Origin: Neodothiora populina
Taxonomy: Eukaryota
Length of the DNA stretch: 64,000 nucleotides
Direction: 5' to 3'
Assembly (NCBI RefSeq): GCF_041146345.1
Contig: NW_027191413.1
Span: forward strand, 1,550,001-1,614,000
The notes beneath the pieces are model-generated. The model was given only the letters and a program-made list of their open reading frames with translations, was not told where the DNA came from and searched no databases. The stretch's first letter is position 1. Each line of letters begins with the position of its first letter. Below are positions 1 through 10,732 of this stretch, one piece after another. Position numbers and translations under genes: made by a program.

Positions 1-40
1 GCCAATCCACTTCCACCTCGGTGCCAGGACCTGATTGGCA
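1..40. promoter_or_regulatory. Inverted pair of CCAAT boxes upstream of HAP5
   Basis: GCCAATC at 1-7 and GATTGGC at 33-39 (reverse complement of 31-39 is GCCAATCAG, a good match to the CCAAT-binding-complex consensus), about 360-400 bp upstream of the HAP5 ATG. Confidence 0.4.
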
Positions 41-398
41 GCAGCGGTGGATAGTAAAGTACTCGGAAAACCAACAGGTAAACACATGATTTCTCTTTGC
101 TCGAAGCCCCCTCATCCGCGTGTGTTTTCTACATCAGACTCGACACCATGCGCGCGCGAGACAGAGAGAGGGAGCTTGACGCTCGCCTCGATGCCCGTGA
201 CGCTTCTTTGCGTATTCGTCGCGTTGATGCCGCATCCTCTGAATTATGAAGAGCCTCACTGCTGATGCTGATGCCCGTATTCAGCTTGACCGAACCACAA
301 AAGAAACAGCTATTGGGGACCCGTTCGCCGTCCACGGGTACTCCCATCTTCTTTTTGATTAAGGTAGCTCGACTATCGCACTTCTTCGGCAGATCATC

Positions 399-1572
399 AT
401 GAACGTGTCGGGATACAACACGATGCAAGCCGCGAACGCGCCTCAGACCGCACCCAAGCGCTACGACGGCCAAGACAGTATCGAGTATGACGAGAAGCAG
501 GGTGGTCACTATGGTATGAGAATGCCGCCGAGTTTCTGGCGCTGAATAGATATTTTGCTAACTTCTTCATCACAGGTGCAAGCAGCAACGTGAGGTCTAC
601 GAGGTTCATGTTCTTATAGTAGACGCGACTGACAGGATCGACAGATCGCGGGACATGGCCAGGCACCTCCACCAGAGACTTTTACCGGTTTGTGGTCAAA
701 CGTCAGTAGCCTGCACCCTTACATTTCGTTACCCAACGAAGGCGCAGCTGACAAGTGAACAGGTCTCACAAGGTCTCTCGGGAAACTATCGCGACATCCT
801 GAACACATACTGGCAGAACCAGGTCACCAAACTTGAGACGGAAGACCATGACTACAAGATCCACCAACTCCCGCTTGCACGCATCAAGAAGGTCATGAAG
901 GCCGATCCCGAAGTCAAGATGATATCAGCGGAAGCTCCCATTCTCTTCGCCAAAGGTTGCGACATCTTCATCACGGAGTTGACCATGCGCGCATGGATCC
1001 ACGCAGAGGAGAATAAGAGACGCACTCTGCAGCGCAGCGACATTGCGAGCGCCCTTGCTAAAAGTGATATGTTCGACTTCTTGATCGATATCGTTCCTCG
1101 TGAGGATGCGACACCTCAGCACAAGCGCAGACAGGACTTTGCTCCTTCGGCGTCATACACTGTGCCAGAAAGTCAGCCTCCGAATGCAGGCGGCAATGTC
1201 GTGGGAGCACAAACTTCGGCACCACAAGATCAGACGCATCAGATGAGCGCACCCGATTTCACTGCCATGGGCCAGCACATGCCTCCGGAGCAATACGCGA
1301 CACAAGCAGGCATGTATCCTCCACCTGCGCCTCAACAAGGCTACGCTCAACCCGGCATGTTTGATGCCAGTATGTATCAATACGCACTACCTCAGCAGCC
1401 GGTGAGTACCTATGACTCCGTGATACTCGACACACGGCAAGCTCATGCGAACGGACAGATGTATCCTCCAGGACAGAGGATGACCGACCCATCCATGGGC
1501 GGTGATTCGACGCATCAATTCCGCGTGGAGGAAGGGGAGAGGGAGGAGGAGAGGAACCAGTATAATGCTTGA
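399..1572 (+). CDS. HAP5: CCAAT-binding complex subunit HAP5/HapE (NF-YC), spliced
   Basis: Histone-fold core HQLPLARIKKVMKADPEVKMISAEAPILFAKGCDIFITELTMRAWIHAEENKRRTLQRSDIASAL. The N-terminus was rebuilt from ATG 399 (..YDEKQGGHYG) through a 14-nt exon (576-589), exon 645-701 (IAGHGQAPPPETFTGLWSN), exon 763-1401 and exon 1459-1572. Confidence 0.95.
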
Positions 1573-2731
1573 CGAGATTGATTGATACCCCCCGCCCCAC
1601 TACCATCATTTGAACGGCAGACTAAGCGGTTAGCGAGCCATGGGATAGGCCGTATGTTCGCAGTGCTGCTTTTGATTTTCCTTGATATTTTTTGCCCTGT
1701 CTACTTTACGGATGTTTACTGCGCGGTACGGTGCGTGATGTCAGTCACGTCTACAGTCGTACGAATCCAGCCGTAATGCAAGCTCGTGTCTCTCGATGAG
1801 GGACGCTGATAACGATCGGAACTACAGTATACTTGTACGGCATATCCGACCCGCTCAGCCGGAAGAAAGTGCACTTGTGTGAGTTCCCCTGTTCTCTCCG
1901 GCCACATGGAGACAGCGGACGTGGGCACGATATCTATACCGAGGATAAGATTATTCAAGCTTGGTTGCACCCGGGCCTGTTGTCATGAGCTCACATACTG
2001 TATATCCCGTAGAAAGAACCCGCATTGCGAAAATCAGTCCAGGCTCGCGAAAGCCGATTTACTTGTGTGATGTATACCGGAAAATGCGGGACTCCGCAAT
2101 TACCCTTGGTAAAGAAACGGGAGCCGCGATATTATCTTGCAGATGACATTAATCGTGATTGGATCTGGACCTGAGCTGCGTCATGTTGCGACGTCAAGGG
2201 TCAGCCAGCACGATAACACGAGAAAAGACGGAGCCACAATGCGGTATCTCTGTCGGGCCTGATATGCCACGATCTCGGGTATGGGGATGATGAGGGTTGA
2301 GGGAGAATGATGCACGTCCCGAGTGCCCCAGGGACAAAGAGTAAAGCGAGTAAAGTGCAGGTTACGGTAGGCGGTTCCTACTCGAGTACGAGATACTTTG
2401 CACTGTACGGAGTCTATTTCGCAGATGATCTCTAATGAAGATTATGGGCTACTCTGGGCTGTAGATGAGGGGGAGGGGTTCCTCTGGGGCCTTGGCGCTA
2501 GCTCCAACACTGCTTGCTCCCAAGACACTTTGTGCTATCCTTCTTGAACCAGCTCTTTTCTCTCCCTCTCTCTTCTTTTCCCCTCAACATCACAACTCAA
2601 CTCATATCCGTTGCTTCTTGACTTCTAGTCTCTACTCTCTTCACAAACTGCTGCAAGTTTGTGATTCCATCTCCAGTCCACTTTCTCCAGTCCACTTTAC
2701 CCAGACACTACCCAGAAACCCCACCGTAAAC

Positions 2732-4156
2732 ATGAAAGTTGGTGAGTGAAATGCGGGGAAAAGCTCTCTCATCCATTACCCTCGCTCCTTCTCAATCGAG
2801 CGATATCTGTGTAAAAGTATGGGATATACGTGCGCTGACCACTGCTCTGTAATACAGTTGTCGCAGGAGCTTCCGGCGGCATCGGCCAGCCTCTATCTCT
2901 TCTTCTCAAGTCGTCGCCCTTGATCGACCAGCTCTCTCTATACGATGTTGTCAACACTCCCGGCGTTGCTGCCGACCTGTCCCACATCTCGACGCCAGCT
3001 GTGAGTATAACCTCGGGCCCTGCATTCCGATGTCCAAAGAGCAGTGCGCTGAACTCCGCCAACAGAAAATCGAGGGTTTCCTCCCCAAGGATGACGGTAT
3101 GAAGAAGGCCTTCACCGGTGCCGACATGATCGTCATCCCTGCCGGTATTCCTCGTAAGTCATACCAGACCCTGTAACGCTTCACCCGAGGGCGGGAAGAT
3201 ACGGGGTGTTGACTCGTCTTCACAGGCAAGCCCGGTATGACCCGTGACGACCTGTTCAAGATCAATGCCGGAATCGTTCGCGACTTGGTCAAGGGTGTTG
3301 CCGAGTTCTGCCCCAAGGCATTCGTCCTCGTCATCTCCAACCCCGTCAACAGCACCGTCCCCATCGCAGCCGAGGTTCTCAAGGCTGCCAACGTCTTCGA
3401 CCCCAAGAAGCTCTTTGGTGTGACCACCCTTGATGTTGTCCGTGCCGAGACCTTTGTTGCAGAGATCACTGGCGAGAAGAACCCGGCCAAGACCACCATT
3501 CCTGTCATCGGTGGCCACTCTGGCGAGACCATTGTTCCCCTCTGGAGTCAGGCCAAGCCCGCCGTCAACGTTCCCTCAGACAAGCTCGATGCACTAACGT
3601 ACCGTAAGTATTGTGCTTGATGCTTGCTCGTCGCTGTGTCTGACTTTGATCTCAGGTGTGCAATTCGGCGGTGATGAGGTCGTGAAGGCCAAGGACGGTG
3701 CCGGTTCCGCAACCCTCTCAATGGCATATGCCGGTTACCGCTTCGCAGAGAAGCTCATCAAGGCCGTGAAGGGCGAGAGCGGCATTACCGAGCCTACCTT
3801 TGTCTACCTCGCCGGTGTCGAGGGTGGTGATGCCATCGCAAAGGAGACCGGCTGCGAGTTCTTCTCCGTGCCAGTCGAGCTAGGCGTAAGTTTTCTCTAT
3901 CCATGCTAGCTGGTCAAGAAAGTAGTACTGACATGGTTCACAGCCCGAGGGTGCCAAGAAGGCCATCAACGTTGTTGGCGATGCAAACGACTACGAGAAG
4001 AAGCTTCTCACCAAGTGCTACGAGGGCCTTGGCGGCAACATCAGCAAGGGTGTCGAGTTCATCAAGAACCCTCCCCCAAAGTGAGATTACCCATTTGTGT
4101 CGACCATCTGGATCCCAAAGACATGGCTAACCTGAATGTGGGCAGATAGGCTCTGA
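2732..4156 (+). CDS. MDH: NAD-dependent malate dehydrogenase, cytosolic type with possible peroxisomal splice isoform
   Basis: [21 protein letters not shown]ossmann start after a 10-nt first exon; [42 protein letters not shown] and [14 protein letters not shown] motifs. No mitochondrial presequence at the main ATG. Ends NPPPK* (4084 unspliced, or 4149 via the proximal acceptor) or NPPPKL* (4156 via the distal acceptor). Confidence 0.96.
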
Positions 4157-4688
4157 TTCAACGATTTGATGCATATTCAGGCCCCCCGACATTGATACCA
4201 CGAAGATAAAAGGTCGATTGTGAGCCAAGGCGTGTGCTGGGGGAGGGGTCTTGGGGAAATGGTTTAATTGAGAAATCTCGAACATGGCAATATTTTGCGA
4301 CGATATTCTTCGAGCTAACCCCAGAATTCAAAGTACTGCTGCTTGACCACAGTGTAATCCTTCTTTTCTTTTCTTATGCTCGCCATGTTCTTTCTGCCAA
4401 GTTCATGCGACAATGGGGGCCCGGTTTGGCGGAGTCTTGTGTGAAACCCTAGACTTGGGGTAACCCGTTCGATGAGCCGAAGCAAAGTAGACCAGACACA
4501 TACAGACAGTTGGCACGACCTTCTCCGCCTCCTTGTTACTCGAAAAGCGTGAGCTCCAGTCTTGATCTTTCCCCGGTCCGACTCGCAGAATGCAAAAGGG
4601 TTGTCGCAGCAGATGTCCCCACCCGCAGTATCACTCGACTCGCCACGAAAAAGCAGGCCGGCCTTCAGACTGAGTGGCCAGTCACGCA

Positions 4689-4882
4689 GCCACGCCACGC
4701 CACGCCACGCCACGCCACTTCGTGTCGTATGTGCCCAGGCGCGATCAGGTCCCGAAAGTGATCAGTCGCACGCGCAGGTTCGGTCGAGCTGGGGCTACTC
4801 TTTGTCGTCTGATGGCTGGAAAAGTGAGGAGACGGCAGAACGAGTGTCTGTGTCTGTGTCTGGCTCTGGCTCTGGCTCTGTG
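4689..4882. repeat. Microsatellites (GCCAC)6 and compound (TGTGTC)n(TGGCTC)3
   Basis: Read directly at 4689-4718 and about 4844-4882, between the convergent MDH and TRS33 3' ends. Confidence 0.9.
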
Positions 4883-5117
4883 TAGCCATGGATAGAGACT
4901 CTTTTCCGTCTTTCTTTTCCTCTCCCCTCTCTTGTGATGGCAGTATGTATTGCACGCAATGCGAAGTGATCTCTCGCTCGTATCGTTTCCTGAAGTTCGA
5001 GGTTCGGCCCGGTCGAATCCGTGGCAGCTCAGAGTAAGGCTTGATGAGATACATTATTGTAGAGTCTCCGTGCTGTGGGTCCTCCCTTTTTCTCTTGATG
5101 GGCGAGAAAAAAACAAA

Positions 5118-6182
5118 TCAGGGTTTCGAGCCGACGGTGCGGATCTGGAAGACGGCGCTCTTGAGATCGCTCGTTTCCGCTTGCACGGTGACGTTGAGTC
5201 CGAAGCCGCTCAGGGCGCCTCTGATGATGCCGCAGGGGAACCAGAGGAACTTTTCGGCGGGGTTTGCTGGTCAGCTTTTTTTTGTCTTGACTCTGAAGCC
5301 TGAGAGAAGGGGGAATTGGAGGGTGGTAAGGGAAAGAAAACTCACGGCTTGTGCCCGCCCCAATGCCTCTTCGAGACCTCTGGCTCCACGACCTCTGTCC
5401 ACAGACATGCGCGAAAGAGGCGGGAAGCGGCTGTCTGTCAACACAAACGTGCCCCTGTGGTTTGTCTTTAGGTTGTCGATTTGCTTGCGGAAGACGAGAG
5501 TCCAGAGGTCTTTGCAGAGGAACTTGATCATGTCCAGTGGTGCGTTTGGGCGGGGTGACTGTGCTGAGAATCTGATTTGGCGAAGGGAGAGAGAGAGAGT
5601 CAGTCATGAATGCATCGGTGGGGGAAGGGCATTCCCATAGAATGACAACACGCACCTCTCCACGAGGCCCTGTCCGACTCGGTACCCGAGCGCGTCAAGA
5701 CGGTGGAACACGGCCTCTCGCGCTTCTTCGTCGTCTTGTGCTCCTCCTCCTCCTTCTGCTCCTCCGCCCATGCCGTCTCCTATGCCGTGACCGATGCCTA
5801 GACCAGTTCCCGTGAACGTCTCGGCGCCTCCTCCACCCAGCGACCCCATGGCGGCTTTCGAGGTTCCTATACTCTCAGCGTCTCCTCCATTGCTGCTCAG
5901 CACACTCGTCCGATCAGGTCCATTGTTGGCCCCAGGTGTTGTCGTCGTCGCCGCTGTCGATGTGTTCTTCTTGACATATGTCGGCGAAGTGTAGTTTGTT
6001 GTCGTCGTCGTCGTGGATGACAGAGACAAGTGTTGGCTTTGACGGATCAAGAGGGCTTCTTTGGCGTGCAGGTCGGCGACTATGCGTTGTGCTAAGGGCA
6101 CGAGTTCGATCAGGAGCAGGTCGAAACACGATGTCGCCAATTTGTCGGCGTCTGGGTCGTGGGCTGAGGGGTGGGCTGACAT
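5118..6182 (-). CDS. TRS33: TRAPP complex subunit Trs33/TRAPPC6 (Bet3 family), 2 introns
   Basis: SCFDLLLIELVP; RLDALGYRVGQGLVERF; LDMIKFLCKDLWTLVFRKQIDNLKTNHRGTFVLTD; FLWFPCGIIRGAL...VFQIRT. Contains a long low-complexity Ser/Thr/Gly insert. Confidence 0.93.
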
Positions 6183-6538
6183 GACCGGAGATGCTTGCTG
6201 AGAACGAGACGGCTGTTTGTAGGTTGGCAATTGCAAGACGTTAGTTTCCTTGGTCAAGGACTGGATATGGAACAAGGTTGGAAGCAAGCCAATAAACTCG
6301 AATCAAGATGCACGCAGTTTCAAGAAATGTTGACTGAAGATGTCATGTATGCCGCACAGTGCAGGTGCTCTGGAGATGACGCCTGTGGTCAAAGCTTCGA
6401 TATATACACAACTACCTTACGGCATACAGTCTAGCAGCTACGTCGGTAGCCTTTTATATCTATACTCTAGCCTTGTAATCTTTCTGGAATTCCTCTCAAT
6501 AGACAGTCCATATGGCTGTCTTCCATCTCGACAGGAGC

Positions 6539-8270
6539 TCAGGCAGCTTTCTTGCCGTCGCAGAACTCCACTACGGCATACTTACCACTCCACGCCCACT
6601 TGCGCTTCCCGCTGTCACCACCCCCGCCCTCGGTCTTCCTCAGTTCTTCGTCTTTGCCGGGTGGTAGACCTACCACAACATCTGCCTTGCAAGTCCTCAG
6701 TGCCAGAGTGCGCATGCCAGATCCAGGTCCAAGGGGTCCGATAGCTTCTGTAAATGGAGTGCTGGGGTCCCACATAGCCTAGCACAACATTATTAGTATG
6801 CAACTGTATAAGCATATCTGCACACGAGACCTACATCGCCAGTGAGCTTGCGGTAGTTGAGGTCGCCCTTGAATATCACAAGCTCGCTCTCCTTAAGATC
6901 CTCGTACAGCCGTTCCTGTGAGGGTAGGCGCCAGTAGCTTCCACCTTCGGTCCAGAACGCATTCGGACGGAGCACAATCTTGCCTTCGCTGTAAAGCCCG
7001 CTCCAGTTCTCGAAGAGCGCCTGTAGATCTGCACACTCCTTCTCACTGAGCTTCTCTGGCGTCACATCCTTGAATTTGTCATCTTCGGATGCCGTCTCAT
7101 AAAAGTCCTTGGCGTTGACCAAGACGGTGAGTAGATCAGAAAAGTCCTTGGGGATGACGTCTGAAACGAACCAAGGAATGTTCTTGGGGTGGAGCACAAC
7201 CGTAGTGGCAAGTCCAGATTGTAGTAGATAGCCGGCTAGCACGACGTCGACAAATAACTCGAAGCCAGCGTTGTCGAGGACAATGTCAATACGTCGATCC
7301 TTGCTGCCCGACTTCTGCGCTGCGTAAAGTGTGTCAAAAGCAGCATCGAAATCATTTACAATGATGTTGTTCTCGGCTGCCTTGCGCGCCTTGGCTCCCT
7401 GTAGCTTCTGGATATCTTCGTAAGAGAGATTGGTCAATAGTGACAGATCAGTGGCGTTGCCCCAGAGGCAGATCTCGCACATCTCGGTGAAGAGCATCTT
7501 CTCTGCAGCCCTGCTTTCCTCTTCTGTCCTTGATCCAGCGGTAGCTTTCTCCTCTTCGAGTTGCTTGGTGAGTTCGTTGTAACGAGATGCAAGCTCCAGT
7601 ACCGCAGGACGAGAAGACCTGAAAGTGGACAGCTTCTGCTTGTTGAACACGTCATATCCCTTCCAGTACTTTGACATGGCAAAGAATGTGCTCAGACGAC
7701 TACGTGAACATGATCAGGAAAATGGCCTTGAAATCGCTGAGTAGTACAGTCACGAACCGATAGAGGTAGCATTCCGAGTACAACCAAGGTACGCCGAACC
7801 ATTTTGGGTTTCCGAGTTGCTCCAATTCTCTGTTGTAACCTGCAATATCAGGCTGTCCATCATCCGGGAGTGGGCTATGTACCCTTGGATCAGCATTTCT
7901 TGCCGGAACGAAGTGTGTTCATTTGATACTTACGGAAGCTGACGGTCGTGTTGCAATTCATGTTTGAGTTTAGCAAGACCTTCCACGATCTTTTTGCCTT
8001 CTGCTTGCTTTTCGGGGTCGGTAGCATTCGAGGTCGCCTTGTGCATATCATCAATGGCACCAGTCTGGAACAGTCAATTAACCTCCCGCCATCACTCGTT
8101 CGATTCTCCTACCAGAATGACCGGCCATCGATCGCGGGCTGAGATGTAGGCGAAAGACGCCTCATCAGAAGTGACGTATGGTACTAACAGATGTTAGGCT
8201 CGGTCTTGAGTTGAACTGAACATATCACATATGGGAATAGTAGCTCACATGTCTTTGTGTCGTACTCCAT
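6539..8270 (-). CDS. Damage-control sugar-phosphate phosphatase, ARMT1/DUF89 family (YMR027W-like), spliced
   Basis: RDRWPVIL, PWLYSECYLYR, LWGNATDLSLL, IVLDNAGFELFVD, HPKNIPWFVSDV, IFKGDLNYRKL and LRTCKADVVVGL motifs. ATG at 8270 (MEYDTKT). Confidence 0.92.
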
Positions 8271-8633
8271 GATTTGATACTTATATGGTGTTATTCTGAA
8301 GGCTCACGGTCGTCGGTGGTTCAGACTTTAAAGTATTGCACCAGCAGCTGCAGTGACGTGGAGCGTTCTGAAACTATCACACGGATTACGATGGTTACCT
8401 AAAATACCTTAACGGATCGTTCTGGACCGCACTCAATTAGATAATTGCACACTGTGGCTCCGGCTTGAAGAACCCAAGGTATATTACTCTCACGTTCATG
8501 CTTTGATGTCGCAATATTACAAACCATATCCGTCACTATTGCGGTCGACCACAAAAATGATTCCTCTACGGCAACCTCTCCAGAATGCTGCATGAATCAT
8601 ATAGACTAGAGTTTAGATTCAATTTCACCTCCC

Positions 8634-8752
8634 CTCTGCTTGGTGTAGTTGGTTATCGCGTCCGACTGTAATTGAAGTCGTCTCTTGGTTAACCAGAGAT
8701 TAAGCATAACGTTGTTATCGGAAGGTCCCTGGTTCGATTCCGGGAGCGGAGA
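8634..8752 (+). tRNA. tRNA-Tyr(GTA) with 45-nt canonical intron (8672-8716)
   Basis: Acceptor stem CTCTGCT/AGCGGAG with C1-G72 and A73 (eukaryotic Tyr identity). A box TGGTGTAGTTGG; anticodon stem TCCGA/TCGGA with loop CT-GTA-A; intron at 37/38; B box GGTTCGATTCC. Confidence 0.95.
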
Positions 8753-8753
8753 C

Positions 8754-8759
8754 TTTTTT
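8754..8759 (+). terminator. Pol III oligo-T terminator of tRNA-Tyr
   Basis: T6 run 2 nt after the discriminator base. Confidence 0.85.
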
Positions 8760-9279
8760 GTGTCAGTTCACTGCCTGCTCGACCCAATACTGTGGAAGTC
8801 GAGTCTGCCTTTTTGTGCACAAATTAGGACTGTAGTTATATACTGATAAAAAATTGCGTTGCTATTTAGATGTTCGCAGTGTAGGCCATACTTGTACCAT
8901 CCTTTTCCGTGGATAGGACGTATCATGAATGTAGAGTATGTACCTACCTAAGGTAGTTCAAGCAAATCGCCTTCGATATACGAGTTATACCATGGAGAAA
9001 GGTTGAAGGCACAGTGCATTGCGGCAGTCGCGACTCACTCAGCATATATGGTGCCTGCCATCTTGTAACCATGCACGAGGCTTGCTACTCCATTGATAGC
9101 ATAGTCCTTGCTCCGATGTTATTGATTTTGTCCACCCATAGCTTACAGTACCACCGACGAGTATTCAGCTTATCTCAAGACGTTCGTTAGATCGCGTGGC
9201 TGGCCTGGCTCTTTTGTTTGAATAGTAAGGAATCATCCTTTTCTTGGAAGCAGAACATCACCCCCCTCGATCAGAGATC

Positions 9280-10294
9280 ATGATCATGACCAGAGTCTCT
9301 TATCTTGGCCTCCTTGGCCTTGTCTTTCCCATCTCTCTGTCAACTGCTCAGACTACCCACATGCCCCCATGCATGGTAAGTTGGTCCTGAATATGTAGTT
9401 CTAAGTCAGACTCCATTATGAGTACACCACTGGAGCTGACTTGATACTCGACAAGTCTACATGCATAACCCCCTTCTCGGCGAACCACGAGCCTGATCTG
9501 TGTCTCAAGTCCTGGATAGACACCGTTTCGGCCTGTGTCAATCATGCCTGCAGTAACGACACCACTTCTCAAGTTGGAGCCACGGCTGCTTCCTTGCCAG
9601 TGGGTGGGAACATTAGTATGACCTTAGCGCCCAAACTTGAGTTTGCATGCATCCAATCTTACGTCCCTGGATATGGCGACGACCCGGCATCTCTTGCGCT
9701 CTTGGTCAGGAACGGAACATGTACAGAGTCTCCGTACGCTTTCCTGAGTTTTCTCCCGACTTATTCTGACGAATCGGTCATGAGTGCTTGTCGCTTGCAC
9801 TTGTACAGCGTTAGTGGTTGCGTCGGCCAGGATACGTATGTGTCGATTGATGATTCAGGCCTGAGGAACGGCGTCTGTTCTTTCAAGGGTGGCAGAAGTG
9901 TACGGCTTGTGTGCGACGTCGACGTTGGCCAGGACAAGTCAGCTATAGACAGAGACAAATCCGATCGTGCAGGTGAGCTTATGTGCTCTGAATCCCAGCA
10001 TTGTGAATCAAGCAGGCATATTGATTGATGGCCATGATAGACGCCTATGCCTATCTTGACTGGCTATGCGGCAGTAGTACAGACAATGGCGCAACTGGCA
10101 ACACATCCACATCCGGTTCGGCGGCCACAGCACACGTCGACGCTGGAAATGCGACCCCATCGCTTGTCTTGTCGCCAACAGCAGAGTTAGTTGCGCCGAT
10201 AGACTTGTCGATAGCGCGGAGAGCGGTTGCGCGTCATGGGGGCGCAGGATGGGCATTGGTCGCTGTGCTGTTCGCTAGAATCGTTTGGCAGTGA
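9280..10294 (+). CDS. Secreted Cys-rich, possibly GPI-anchored protein with CFEM-like motif, 2 introns
   Basis: Signal peptide MIMTRVSYLGLLGLVFPISLSTA; PPCMSTC..DLC..SACVNHAC; introns 9376-9455 and 9973-10040 keep the frame; Ser/Thr/Gly-rich stalk; hydrophobic C-terminus GAGWALVAVLFARIVWQ. Confidence 0.7.
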
Positions 10295-10732
10295 TGGCAA
10301 TGGTGATGGACAACAGAGGATTGTTGGTGCAGGTGAAACGTTGACCTCTTGCACAGCTAAGCTTGGGGAGGCGGGACTGTATGGCAGTTAACTGGGCTTG
10401 TATCATAGCGGATCAGAGTGGGTTGGGGCTTTCTGGACATCAAGCTTGTATTGGGCATGTCTATGTATGATGGTCAATGAGTTTCCTCAAAAGTGTTTCG
10501 ATAGATTCAAAACTTCAATGGATGTGGAAATGATTGGTATTGAAATGGAGAAGAAGAATTGATCAAAGCGTCAATTGGCTCGGTCGACATAAGATTATAC
10601 GTATGTGACGGGGCTCAACACACCACCAACGCCCCCGATGCGCAGAAGTTTGTCGCTCTGCGCCAATGCTATTTCGTCGAAAGTCTGCTGCTGGTGATAC
10701 AGGAAAGGAGGTCCCCCGTGCGCCTGCTTGGT

